Of a stretch of DNA of 64,000 bases, positions 1-10,600 are shown piece after piece; position 1 is the first letter of the stretch, and each line of letters opens with the position of its first letter. Below the pieces are notes generated by a model. That model saw nothing but the letters and a program-made list of their open reading frames with translations, was not told where the DNA came from and did no database searches. A program made the translations under genes and the position numbers. This stretch comes from Macrostomum lignano (taxonomy: Eukaryota), in assembly GCA_002269645.1 (NCBI GenBank), contig NIVC01000758.1, positions 186,001-250,000 on the forward strand, given 5' to 3'.

Positions 1-2750
1 TCTCCATGGTCGATTGGTTGAGCCTCTATGCGATTCTGGAACACACCATCCTCCGTGGACTTAGTATTCTCCAGCGGCAGTCTTGACAACGCGTCCGCAT
101 TTCCATGTTCGTCTGTCCGCCTGTATCGAATCTCGAACTGATAGGCTGACAGAATCACAGCCCAGCGCTGCAACCGACTGGCAGCTATGCTTGGAATGTT
201 GTTCTTCGGACCGAATAACGTCACAAGCGGTTTATGGTCAGTGACCAGAATAAACCGTCTGCCGTACAAATACTGGTGGAACTTTTTCACCGCGAAGACT
301 ATTGCTAAACCTTCCTTTTCTATTTGCGAATAGCTCTTCTCAGCCTTGGACAGGCCTCTGGACGCATAACAGATTGGCTTCTCATCCGAATCGCTCATAA
401 TGTGTGAAAGCACCGCGCCGACACCATAGCATGACGCGTCGGTATGAACAACCAGCGGCTTGTCCGGGTCGTAGTGGACTAGTACTTGAGTAGATGTTAG
501 AGCTGACTTGCACGCAACAAATGCTCGTTCACACTCGTTACTCCAAATAAACTCAGCGTCCTTCTGGAGCAATGCATTTAGAGGTGCTAGGATGTCGGAC
601 AGGCCTCTGATGAACTTCCTATAGTAGTTGATTAGCCCAACTAGCGAGCGGACTTCTGGAATATTGGTTGGCCTTGGAGCCTCCGCGATGGCTCTCATAA
701 TTCTTGGTGACTGATGCACGCCGTTCTCGTCGATCACGTGACCGAGGAACTCAATCTCGCGCATCATGAATTCACATTTGCTCTTGTTCAGTTTAATTCC
801 GTGGTTCTTCAGCAGAACCAAAACGTTTCTCAGCTTATTGTTATGCTCGCTTTGTGATGCGGCGCTAATGACGATATCGTCGACGAAACAAATCGCATCC
901 GTATCGCTCAGAATCTTGTCCATAGCCTCCTGAAACTGAGCTGAAGAGCTTGCCAGGCCCATAACTAATCTGTTGTATTCGTACAGGCCCATATGGGTGT
1001 TGATAGTGGTGTACTTGCGGCACTCCTCCTGTAACTCCAGCTGAAGAAAGGCCTGAGATATGTCCAGTTTCGTAAAGAATTTGCCTCCGCTGAGTCGAGT
1101 AAACAGTTCGTCCGGCTTGCCTAGCGGATAAATGTCCACCTCGAGGGCAGGGTTTATGGTTCGCTTATAGTCTGCACAGATTCGTATCGATTTTCCATCC
1201 TTCTTCAGCACAGGGACGATTGGACTTGCATAGTCAGACGTCTTCACCTTCCGGATAATGTCCTGATTCTCTAGGCTTTTGAGTTCCTGCTCGATGGCGG
1301 GCTTAAGAGCAAATGGTACCGGTCGTGCTTTACAAAACTTTGGAGTTGTGCTCTCCTTGAGATGCAGTCTGGCTGTATAATGTTTTATCTTCCCAAGACC
1401 ATCTGAGAATAATTCCGAATTTTCTTCTAGAATCGTCTTGAGCTCGTGATCAGCATCGAGGGAAAGAATTCCCACTGCTGACGCTTCTCCTGTGTATTTC
1501 CGGGCCAGGGGATCAAGCTGCGTTATCCAATCACGACCTAGCAGGTTCTGCTTTGTGCCGTCAGTGACGGCGACCTGCAGCTCCGTCGCAATGTCGCCAA
1601 TTACAACCTGAACCACAGCCTCTCCAAGTAGGGGAATCTGTTCGTTAGAATAAGATGTGAGGACCAAGGTCGTGCCGCGCGGTTTAACTCGGATCAGTTC
1701 CGCTGTCGATTTGTTTACAATTGTGCGCTCGGCGCCGGTGTCCACTTCGAATTTAATCAGAGACCCGTTGACTTGCAGTGTCTCTGTGAAAGGCTTGAAC
1801 CGAGCCTTCTGTGCGCTCATTCGCTTAGCCTCGTAATTTGAATTGACAGCGACGTTCTTGACGTCAGAGAAATTGTACGACTCCTCACTACTGCCGGGGC
1901 TTCCATTTGCGCTCAGATGCTTTATTTTCCTACCTTTGTAGCTCTGCTTGGGTTCGAACTTCTTCTTGCTGTGCGGCGGTTGGTTTCCGCTGAACTGCTT
2001 CTGCTTCGTCCTGCACGCCTTCTCAACATGACCTGGTTTATTGCATCGACTGCAGACATGCGATCTTTTGGGACAGCTTCTCGCCCAGTGCCCAGAAGAG
2101 AGGCACCTGTAGCACCGGTCGTCTGAACTGGCCGGATTCGTCGGTCCCGATCCCTTAGCAGATGATCTTCCATATACCGCATTGGCCTGAGCCAGGCCGA
2201 CAATGTCTCTTCCAGTGTGGATCTGCATTGCACCCTTCTCTGCGATTTCGATTGCTGTCGAGATTTTAACTGCGTCGTCCAGCGAAACATCGTCCTCCTG
2301 CAGCAGCCTTTGCTGTGTCAGCTTGCTTCGTAGTCCACAAACCAGTCTGTCTCTGATCGCCTCCGACAAAAAGCCTCCAAACGAACAGGTCGCCGCCAAC
2401 TTCCGTAGCTGCGCGACGTACTCTGCAATGGATTCGCCTTCCTGCTGGCTTCGGTGATGTAAGTTGTATCTCTCGACGATTCTTTTCGGCGTTGGGGTGA
2501 AATGCGTTCGTAACTTTTCAATTAAATCATCGTAGGATTTGTCCTTCGGGGAGCCTGGAGACAGTAAGTCTCTGAGCAACGTATAGCAGTCTTCACCAAT
2601 TACTGTGATGAGCTCGGCTCGCTTAATCTCCTCTTTGGTGATGGATTTAGCGATGAAGTATTGTTCCAGACGCTGCTCGTATACAGTCCACCTTTCAAGT
2701 CGTGCCGGATCAAATGTGCTGATTTTCGAAGCAGTATTTGGCGCGGTCAT
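1..2750 (-). CDS. Ty3/Gypsy gag-pol polyprotein (gag with 2 CCHC knuckles, aspartic protease, RT, RNase H); runs off the left edge
   Basis: ATG at 2750 (MTAPNTASKISTFDP...). I read the frame codon by codon and found no stop down to position 1. Motifs all in one frame: CYRCLSSGHWARSC and CSRCNKPGHVEKAC (~1990-2115), FEVDTGA (1742), LLGRDWI, ICADYKRTIN, CFVDDIVI (~885), HTDASCYGVGAVL, TDHKPL, NADALSRLP (~90). Absent from the ORF track, presumably because it has no in-window stop. Confidence 0.95.
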   Translation of the reverse strand, partial: MTAPNTASKISTFDPARLERWTVYEQRLEQYFIAKSITKEEIKRAELITVIGEDCYTLLRDLLSPGSPKDKSYDDLIEKLRTHFTPTPKRIVERYNLHHRSQQEGESIAEYVAQLRKLAATCSFGGFLSEAIRDRLVCGLRSKLTQQRLLQEDDVSLDDAVKISTAIEIAEKGAMQIHTGRDIVGLAQANAVYGRSSAKGSGPTNPASSDDRCYRCLSSGHWARSCPKRSHVCSRCNKPGHVEKACRTKQKQFSGNQPPHSKKKFEPKQSYKGRKIKHLSANGSPGSSEESYNFSDVKNVAVNSNYEAKRMSAQKARFKPFTETLQVNGSLIKFEVDTGAERTIVNKSTAELIRVKPRGTTLVLTSYSNEQIPLLGEAVVQVVIGDIATELQVAVTDGTKQNLLGRDWITQLDPLARKYTGEASAVGILSLDADHELKTILEENSELFSDGLGKIKHYTARLHLKESTTPKFCKARPVPFALKPAIEQELKSLENQDIIRKVKTSDYASPIVPVLKKDGKSIRICADYKRTINPALEVDIYPLGKPDELFTRLSGGKFFTKLDISQAFLQLELQEECRKYTTINTHMGLYEYNRLVMGLASSSAQFQEAMDKILSDTDAICFVDDIVISAASQSEHNNKLRNVLVLLKNHGIKLNKSKCEFMMREIEFLGHVIDENGVHQSPRIMRAIAEAPRPTNIPEVRSLVGLINYYRKFIRGLSDILAPLNALLQKDAEFIWSNECERAFVACKSALTSTQVLVHYDPDKPLVVHTDASCYGVGAVLSHIMSDSDEKPICYASRGLSKAEKSYSQIEKEGLAIVFAVKKFHQYLYGRRFILVTDHKPLVTLFGPKNNIPSIAASRLQRWAVILSAYQFEIRYRRTDEHGNADALSRLPLENTKSTEDGVFQNRIEAQPIDHG

Positions 2751-2996
2751 TTTGTCTTCTTCTGAAGAATCCTCGTCGCCAATGTTACATCCGACTTCCG
2801 TTACCAACTCGAAGTCCAGGTGAATTATGGTTAGTAATCTCAAGCTTGGTAGCGGGCTCTTGCCATGCCGATGTTAACATTCATTTCCTTTATATTTGCT
2901 CTCCTTATATTAGCTTTAGAACGCAGGGTTAACAGGGGCAGTGTCTATGGCCAATGTGTGTGAAATGAAATATACTTTATATGCGCATATACCACA
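1..2996 (-). mobile_element. Ty3/Gypsy LTR retrotransposon (Mag/K02A2.6-like), 5' portion; putative 5' LTR ~2783-2996 and PBS 2771-2781
   Basis: Minus strand reads ...TGTAACA-T-TGGCGACGAGG...ATG, i.e. LTR end, PBS, then gag start. A TATA-like TATAAA lies near 2889-2894. The LTR outer end (TGTGGTAT at 2996) is tentative because the 3' LTR and TSD are outside the window. Confidence 0.85.
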
Positions 2997-3279
2997 GGTG
3001 GGCCACCTCCCCTTCTTCCGCACGAAGCATTTTTGCCAGAATAGAGGCCCGCCCCCCTCCGCCCCCCCTTTTTGGATCTTCTTGACCTCCCACCCACCGG
3101 CTAAATGCGCGCTGCTTCGTTATGTAGTGTGGACAGATACTGGGGTCACGGGGGTCAGGTGACCTCCCCCCACAAAAAATCAACTTATGAGCCATATGCG
3201 AACAAAAATGACCTTTTTGGTGCTTGCATCGCTTAAAAGTGACTTTGCCTCTGCTCTGGAAGGACACTTTGGCTTCTTA

Positions 3280-3293
3280 GTTGCCATGGCAAC
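3280..3293. promoter_or_regulatory. Perfect RFX X-box palindrome GTTGCCATGGCAAC
   Basis: Exact 14-bp palindrome matching the X-box consensus GTNRCC(N0-3)RGYAAC. Function is not demonstrated. Confidence 0.5.
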
Positions 3294-3611
3294 GGCCGAG
3301 CCGAACCCGACACTCCAGCTGTGTCCTGGAGACAGGTAAGCCGCAGGTGCCGGCTCTTGTCTCGATCGAAGATCAAGAAATCAGCATTCACTGGAGACAT
3401 GGAAGTCTCCATTACTGTAAAAAATGAAACACTTGCTGATACTAAAAGCAATAATCAATAAAAATTTCTGTATCGGTTTTACATATTCATTTCTCAATAT
3501 TTCCGGGAGAAAATATTTCCAATAACCTACTTATAGTAGAAATTTAAAATTTTAATAAATTGTAGAAATATATGCTAGTCATATCTTTATTAGTATAATA
3601 AAGTTGAATAT

Positions 3612-4415
3612 AGGCGGTCAGAGGGGGCGGATTCTGAGTGGCGTTGGTCAGTAGCGCAACCAGAATTTTTTTGGGGGGGGGCGGATTTTGGAGGGTAAAG
3701 TCCCAGGAAGGGGGGGCAGAGGGGTGGCTCTGTTTATGGCAAAAATTCGCTTGGTCCCCCTTTGATTTTTTGGGTCTCCGTCTAAGGGGGCGACCGCCCC
3801 CCGCCCCCCCCCCCCCTGGTTGCGCCACTGGCGTTGGTCAGAAGGGGCGGATTCCGGATGGTGTTGGTCAGTGGGAGCAGATTCCAAGTGGCGCTGGTCA
3901 GTGGGGGCGGATTCCGAGTGGCGCTGGTCAGAGGGGGCGGATTCCGAGTGGCGCTGGCCAACGGGGCGAATTCCGAGTGGCGTTGGTCAGAGGGGGCGGA
4001 TTCCGAGTGGCGTTGGTCAGAGGGGGCGGATTCCGAGTGGTGTTGGTCAGAGGGGGCGGATTCCGAGTGGCGTTGGTCAGAGGGGGCGGATTCCGAGTGG
4101 CGTTGGTCAGAGGGGCGGATTCCGAGTGGCGTTGGTCAGAGGGGCGGATTCCGAGTGGCGTTGGTCAGAGGGGCGGATTCCGAGTGGCGTTGGTCAGAGG
4201 GGCGGATTCCAAGTGGCGCTGGTCAAAGGGGGCGGATTCCGAGTGGCGTTGGTCAAAGGGGCGGATTCCGAGTGGCGTTGGTAAAAGGGGCGGATTCCGA
4301 GTGGCGTTCGTTGGTCAGATGGGACGGATTCCGAGTGGCGTTCGTTGGTCAGATGGGGCGGATTCCGAGTGGCGTTCGTTGGTCAAAGGGGGCGGATTCC
4401 GAGTGGCGTTGGTCA
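3612..4415. repeat. ~30-bp minisatellite (GGTCAGAGGGGGCGGATTCCGAGTGGCGTT)n, interrupted by a MITE
   Basis: Tandem units visible directly; the first unit is split by the 3649-3830 insertion. Confidence 0.9.
3649..3830. mobile_element. Non-autonomous hAT-type MITE, 182 bp
   Basis: 15-bp TIRs with 1 mismatch: CAGTAGCGCAACCAG (3649-3663) and CTGGTTGCGCCACTG (3816-3830). The 8-bp TSD GCGTTGGT sits at 3641-3648 and 3831-3838. CAG termini with an 8-bp TSD are hAT hallmarks. Confidence 0.85.
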
Positions 4416-4630
4416 GAAAGCGATGGGTTTAAGAGAATTCTTTCGGAAGCGGCTGGTGGCACAGCAGGGCTGGGCAGTCGAGTCGGGGCTGTCATTGGCT
4501 GCCGCTGCTAGCGCAGCCCCCCCCCCCCCCCAGCCCCCGGCGGCGCCCGCAGTTCCCGATTTAACAGGACCTCCCAGCCAGCCCAGCGCTGCAGTGTTGC
4601 AGCGAGATTTGCTTGCAGAAGAGCAAAAGC

Positions 4631-7600
4631 ATGGATCAGACCAGGCCGCTCAGCAGCTGCAGCAGCAGCGAGGACTCGAGCGCCGTCATCCGAGCTCAAA
4701 GTCCGCCAAAGCCCCGCGGGGCCCGGCATCATCCCGGCATGTCTGCCAAGGCCGCCGCTTTCAGAATTGAAGCCCTGATGAAGCTGAGGCAGCAGCCCAG
4801 GCCGCCGAAGAAGCGGAAGTGGATGGACAGGTCGGAGATGCGGCTGGATGCTGGGCCAGGTGAGGGCGATCTTATCATGCCTGCGAACCGACTGAAGCAC
4901 CTCAGACAGCTGGGGCTGCAGTCACTGAAGCACCTCAGACAGCTGGGGCTGCAGTCACTGAAGCACCTCAGACAGCTGGGGCTGGAGTCACTGAAGCACC
5001 TCAGACAGCTGGGACTGCAGTCACTGAAGCACCTCAGACAGCTGGGGCCGCAGTCACTGAAGCACCTCAGACAGCTGGGACTGCAGTCACTGAAGCTCCT
5101 CAGACAGCTGGGGCTGGAGTCACTGAAGCACCTCAGACAGCTGGGGCTGGAGTCACTGAAGCACCTCAGACAGCTGGGGCTGGAGTCACTGAAGCACCTC
5201 AGACAGCTGGGGCTGCAGTCACTGAAGCACCTCAGACAGCTGGGACTGCAGTCACTGAAGCACCTCAGACAGCTGGGGCTGCAGTCACTGAAGCACCTCA
5301 GACAGCTGGGGCTGCAGTCACTGAAGCTCCTCAGACAGCTGGGGCTGCAGTCACTGAAGCTGCAGTCACTTAAGAGTCTTGGTGAACTTAGAGAAAGTCG
5401 TGAAGCCCATCATTGTTAACAATTTCATACAAAATTTATCGGCAAAACCCGCAGCGCCAGTTAAATTGTCGGTGCCGCTGCTGCCGCAGCTGGAGCCGCG
5501 GTGTCAGCTGGAGAATGCTGAACTGTGGCAGCAGTTCCGCGAACTGGGCACCGAGATGATCATCACCAAGTCTGGAAGGTAATTGCTGGCTCTGCTCTGA
5601 GCCTAACTCAATTAACTACACCTGCCCTCACTACTTGAAACCCGCCCTCACAGTATCAATACCCGCCCTCACAGTCCGAATACCTGCCCTCACAGTCTCA
5701 ATACCTGCCCTCACAGTCTGAATACCTGCCCTCACAGTCTCAATACCTGCCCTCACAGTCTCAATACCTGCCCTCACAGTCTAAATACCTGCCCTCACAG
5801 TCTCAATACCTACCCTCACAATCTCAATACCTGCCCTCACAGTCTCAATACCTACCCTCACAGTCTCAATACCTGTTCTCACAATCTCAATACCTGCCCT
5901 CACAGTCTCAATACCTGCCCTCACAGTCTCAATACCTGCCCCTCACAGTATCAATACCTGCCCTCACAGTATCAATACCTGCCCTCACAGTATCAATACC
6001 TGCCCTCACAGTCTCAATACCTGCCCTCACAGTATCAATACCTGCCCTCACAGTATCAATACCTGCCCTCACAGTATCAATACCTGCCCTCACAGTATCA
6101 ATACCTGCCCTCACAGTATCAATACCTGCCCTCACAATCTCAATACCTGCCCTCACTGCCTCAATACCTGTTCTCACAGTATCAATACCTGCCCTCACAA
6201 TCTCAATACCTGCCCTTACTGCCTCAATACCTGTTCTCACAGTATCAATACCTAACCCTCACAGTCTGAATACCTGCCCTCACAGTCCGAATACCTGCCC
6301 ATCTAAAGGATTTCTCAGTCGAAAGCCTCTTTAATTAACAAAAAGTTTCCAAGAAATGCATCCCACTTTCCCCCAAACCGGCCAGATTTCATTTCCGTGT
6401 TTTCCAATTTCGAAAATTTTTAGTGGCCTTGCAATTTGGGTGTAAAAACTCGAAACTTGATGACGAGCGAGCAGCAGTCAGTATCTGTCTGGGCGGCTGC
6501 AGTCTCACTCTGGGGGGTGGTGGCGATGAAATTTGAGCTACAAGATGAAGCCGCTCCAGATTCTGACCGACAAGGCGTGAAGCAGCCAGTCATGGAAAAC
6601 GTGAAACACGAAGCCGGAGGGTCGGCAAAGTGATTTCTGCTTTTTCGGTTTTATTACCGGCATGGCTACTAAAGCTGTGAAACCGCCGCCACCGAGGCTC
6701 GGGCGGGGGGCGGCCCTGTCGCCAAAGACAGTTTGACACAGAAATTGTGCAGCACCGGAGCCGCAGCTTCAACTGCAGGTCAAACTGCTGCCCAGGCATT
6801 CGCTGACCCGCAAAAACTGCAAAGTGAAAATAGCAGCCTTGCGTTGTGGTGTGACAGACATTGTTGGCTGTGTTGCAGGCAGCAGAGAGCCAGACTGCAT
6901 TGTGCATTGCTACAGTGCCAGCCAGCGCTGTGTGACCGTGGGAATCTGCTGGGTGCCGCGCAGGGGGGCTGGGTGTCCTGACTGAACTGCAGGGCACTGA
7001 CAGCCACTACAGCTGGGTCTGCTGCTGCCGTGCCTATCCTCACCCGATCCGCCCCCTGTTCCCGATCCGCCCCCCTCTTCCCGATCCGTCCCCTGTTCCC
7101 GATCCGCCCCCTCTTCCCGATCCGCCCCCTGTTCCCGATCCGCCCCCTCTTCCCGATCCGTCCCTGTTCCCGATCCGCCCCCCTTCCCGATCCGCCCCCT
7201 CTTCCCGATCCGCCCCCTCTTCCCGATCCGCCCCCTGTTCGCGTCCGCCCCCTCTTTCCGATCCGTCCCTGTTCCCGATCCGCCCCCTCTTCCCGATCCG
7301 CCCCCTGTTCCCGATCCGTCCCCTGTTCCCGATCCGCCCCCTTCCCGATCCGCCCCCTCTTCCCGATCCGCCCCCTGTTCGCGTCCGCCCCCTCTTCCCG
7401 ATCCGTCCCCTGTTCCCGATCCGCCCCCTCTTCCCGATCCGCCCCCTGTTCCCGATCCGCCCCCTCTTCCCGATCCGTCCCCTGTTCCCGATCCGCCCCC
7501 TCTTCCCCATCCGCCCCCTCTTCCCGATCCGCCTCCTGTTTCCAATCCACCCCTCTTCCTGATCCGCTTCCCTGTTTCCGATCCGCCCCCCTCTTCCCTA

Positions 7601-10600
7601 TCCGCCCCCCCCCCTGTTCCCGATCCACCCCTTCTCCCAAAAATGCATAATACATTGGCAGCACCAAACGGACAATCACAAAGACTCAAACAAGGATAAC
7701 ACAAAGACCAAAACCTCCCCATCCGCAGGCGGATGTTCCCCGTGGTGCGGCTGCTCTTCTCGGGCCTGCTGGAGCGCTGCCGCTATCACGTGCTCATGGA
7801 CCTCCCGGCCGTGGACGACTGTCGCTATCGCTATGCTTACCACCGCAGCGCCTGGACGGTGGCGGGCCGCGCCGATCCCGAGGCGCCGCTCCGCTGCTTT
7901 CTACACCCGGACGGCCCCTTCACCGGCGAGCAGCTGATGCGGCAGGCCGTCAGCTTTGAGAAACTCAAGCTGACCAACAACACGGCGGATAAAGGACAGG
8001 TGGGACTGGCTGAACGGGCAGAGAGAGATACAGGGAGGACAGATGCAGGGAGGACAGATGCAGGGAGGATAGATGCAGGGAGGATAGATGCAGGGAGGAT
8101 AGATGCAGGGAGGAGAGATGCAGTGAGGATAGATGCAGTGAGGATAGATGCAGGGAGAAGAGATGCAGGGAGAAGAGATGCAGGGAGAAGAGATGCAGGA
8201 GGAGAGATGCAGGGAGAAGAGATGCAGGGAGAAGAGATGCAGGGAGGAGAGATACAGGAGGAGAGATGCAGGGAGAAGAGATGCAGGGAGAAGAGATGCA
8301 GGGAGAAGAGATGCAGGAGGAGAGATGCAGGGAGAAGAGATGCAGGGAGAAGATATGCAGGGAGGAGAGATACAGGAGGAGAGATGCAGGGAGAAGAGAT
8401 GCAGGGAGAAGAGATGCAGGGAGAAGAGATTCAGGGGGATAGATGCAGGAGGAGAGATTCAGGGAGGAGAGATGCAGGGAGAAGAGATGCAGGGAGGAGA
8501 GATGCAGGGAGGACAGATACAGGGAGGATAGATGCAGGGAGGATAGATTCAGGGAGGATAGATGCAGGGAGGATAGATGCAGTGAGGAGAGATGCAGTGA
8601 GGAGAGATGCAGTGAGGAGAGATGCAGGGAGGAGAGATGCAGGGAAGACAGATGCAAGGAAGACAGATGCAGGGAAGAGAGATGCAGGGAGGAGAAATGC
8701 AGGGAAGAGAGATGCAGGGAGGAGAGATGCAGGGAGGAGAGATGCAGGGAGGAGAGATGCAGGGAGAAGAGATGCAGGGAGGAGAGATGCAGGGAGGACA
8801 GATACAGGGAGGATAGATGCAGGGAGGATAGATTCAGGGAGGATAGATGCAGGGAGGATAGATGCAGTGAGGAGAGATGCAGTGAGGAGAGATGCAGTGA
8901 GGAGAGATGCAGGGAGGATAGATGCAGGGAGGATAGATGCAGTGAGGATAGATGCAGTGAGGATAGATGCAGGGAGAAGAGATGCAGGGAGAAGAGATGC
9001 AGGAGGAGAGATGCAGGGAGAAGAGATGCAGGGAGAAGATATGCAGGGAGGAGAGATACAGGAGGAGAGATGCAGGGAGAAGAGATGCAGGGAGAAGAGA
9101 TGCAGGGAGAAGAGATTCAGGGGGGATAGATGCAGGAGGAGAGATTCAGGGAGGAGAGATGCAGGGAGAAGAGATGCAGGGAGGAGAGATGCAGGGAGGA
9201 CAGATACAGGGAGGATAGATGCAGGGAGGATAGATGCAGGGAGGATAGATGCAGGGAGGATAGATGCAGGGAGGAGAGATGCAGTGAGGAGAGATGCAGT
9301 GAGGAGAGATGCAGGGAGGAGAGATGCAGGGAAGACAGATGCAAGGAAGACAGATGCAGGGAAGAGAGATGCAGGGAGGAGAAATGCAGGGAAGAGAGAT
9401 GCAGGGAAGAGAGATGCAGGGAGAAGAGATGCAGGGAGAAGAGATGCAGGAGGAGAGATGCAGGGAGGAGAGATGCAGGGAGGAGAGATGCAGGGAGGAG
9501 AGATGCAGGGAGGAGAGATGCAGGGAGGATAGATGCAGGGAGGAGAGATGCAGGGAGGAGAGATGCAGGGAGGAGAGATGCAGGGAGGAGAGATGCAGGG
9601 ATGAGAGATGCAGGGAGGAGAGATGCAGGGAGGAGAGATGCAGGGAGGAGAGATGCAGGAGGAGATGCAGAAAAGAGCGGATAAAATCACGTGGAGAAAT
9701 TAGCAGTGGAGGTCCAGAAGTTCAATGCACAGCAGCAGCTTCTCAACTCTCCCCAACACCCACCTGTGGAACACCTGCAGCAGATTGTGCTGAACTCGAT
9801 GCACAAGTACCAGGCCCGCATTCACCTCATGCGGCTGCCTAGCCCCGTCACGGCCGGCCCGCGGTTTGGCGGCGACGAAGAGCCGGCAGGCCGCGTCAGC
9901 CCGGAGCATCGGCAGTTCCTGCTGCCCGAGACCGTCTTCATCGCCGTGACCGCCTACCAGAACCAGCTGGTCAGAGCTCAATGAACTCAATGTCTAATGC
10001 GCCGGTTTAGGAATTTTCATTCGCTTGTCTCCGCTTTGTTTGTCTGTTCTCGCTCTCCGCGCTCTCATCTTTTGATCTCCCTCGCTACTATCTCTATTCT
10101 ATCTCTTATTTCTCCCTGCTCTCTTATCTCTCTCTGCTCTCTTATCTCTTCCCTGCTCTCTTATCTCTCCCTGCTCTCTTATCTCTCTCTGCTCTCTTAT
10201 CTCTTCCCTGCTCTCTTATCTCTTCCCTGCTCTCTTATCTCTTCCCTGCTCTCTTACCTCTCCCTGCTCTCTTATCTCTCCCTGCTCTCTTATCTCTACC
10301 TGCTCTCTTATTTCTACCTGCTCTCTTATCTCTCCCTGCTCTCTTATCTCTCCCTGCTCTCTTATCTCTCCCTGCTCTCTTATCTCTCCCTGCTCTCTTA
10401 TCTCTCCCTGCTCTCTTATCTCTCCCTGCTCTCTTATCTCTCCCTGCTCTCTTATCTCTCTACTGCTCTCTTATCTCTCCCCCGCACTCTCTTGTCACCC
10501 TTGGCATCTCTTTCGATGCCTCTTTGTCTTCCTTTCTCTCCTTTTATATTCCTTACTTTCTTGAACTCGTCCCATTTTTAGCAACGCCAGCAAACCCACC

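Noticed and set aside
2997-3260. Possible second MITE (G/C-run motifs, GGGGTCAGGTGACCTCCCC)
   Set aside because: I could not define matching TIRs or a TSD.
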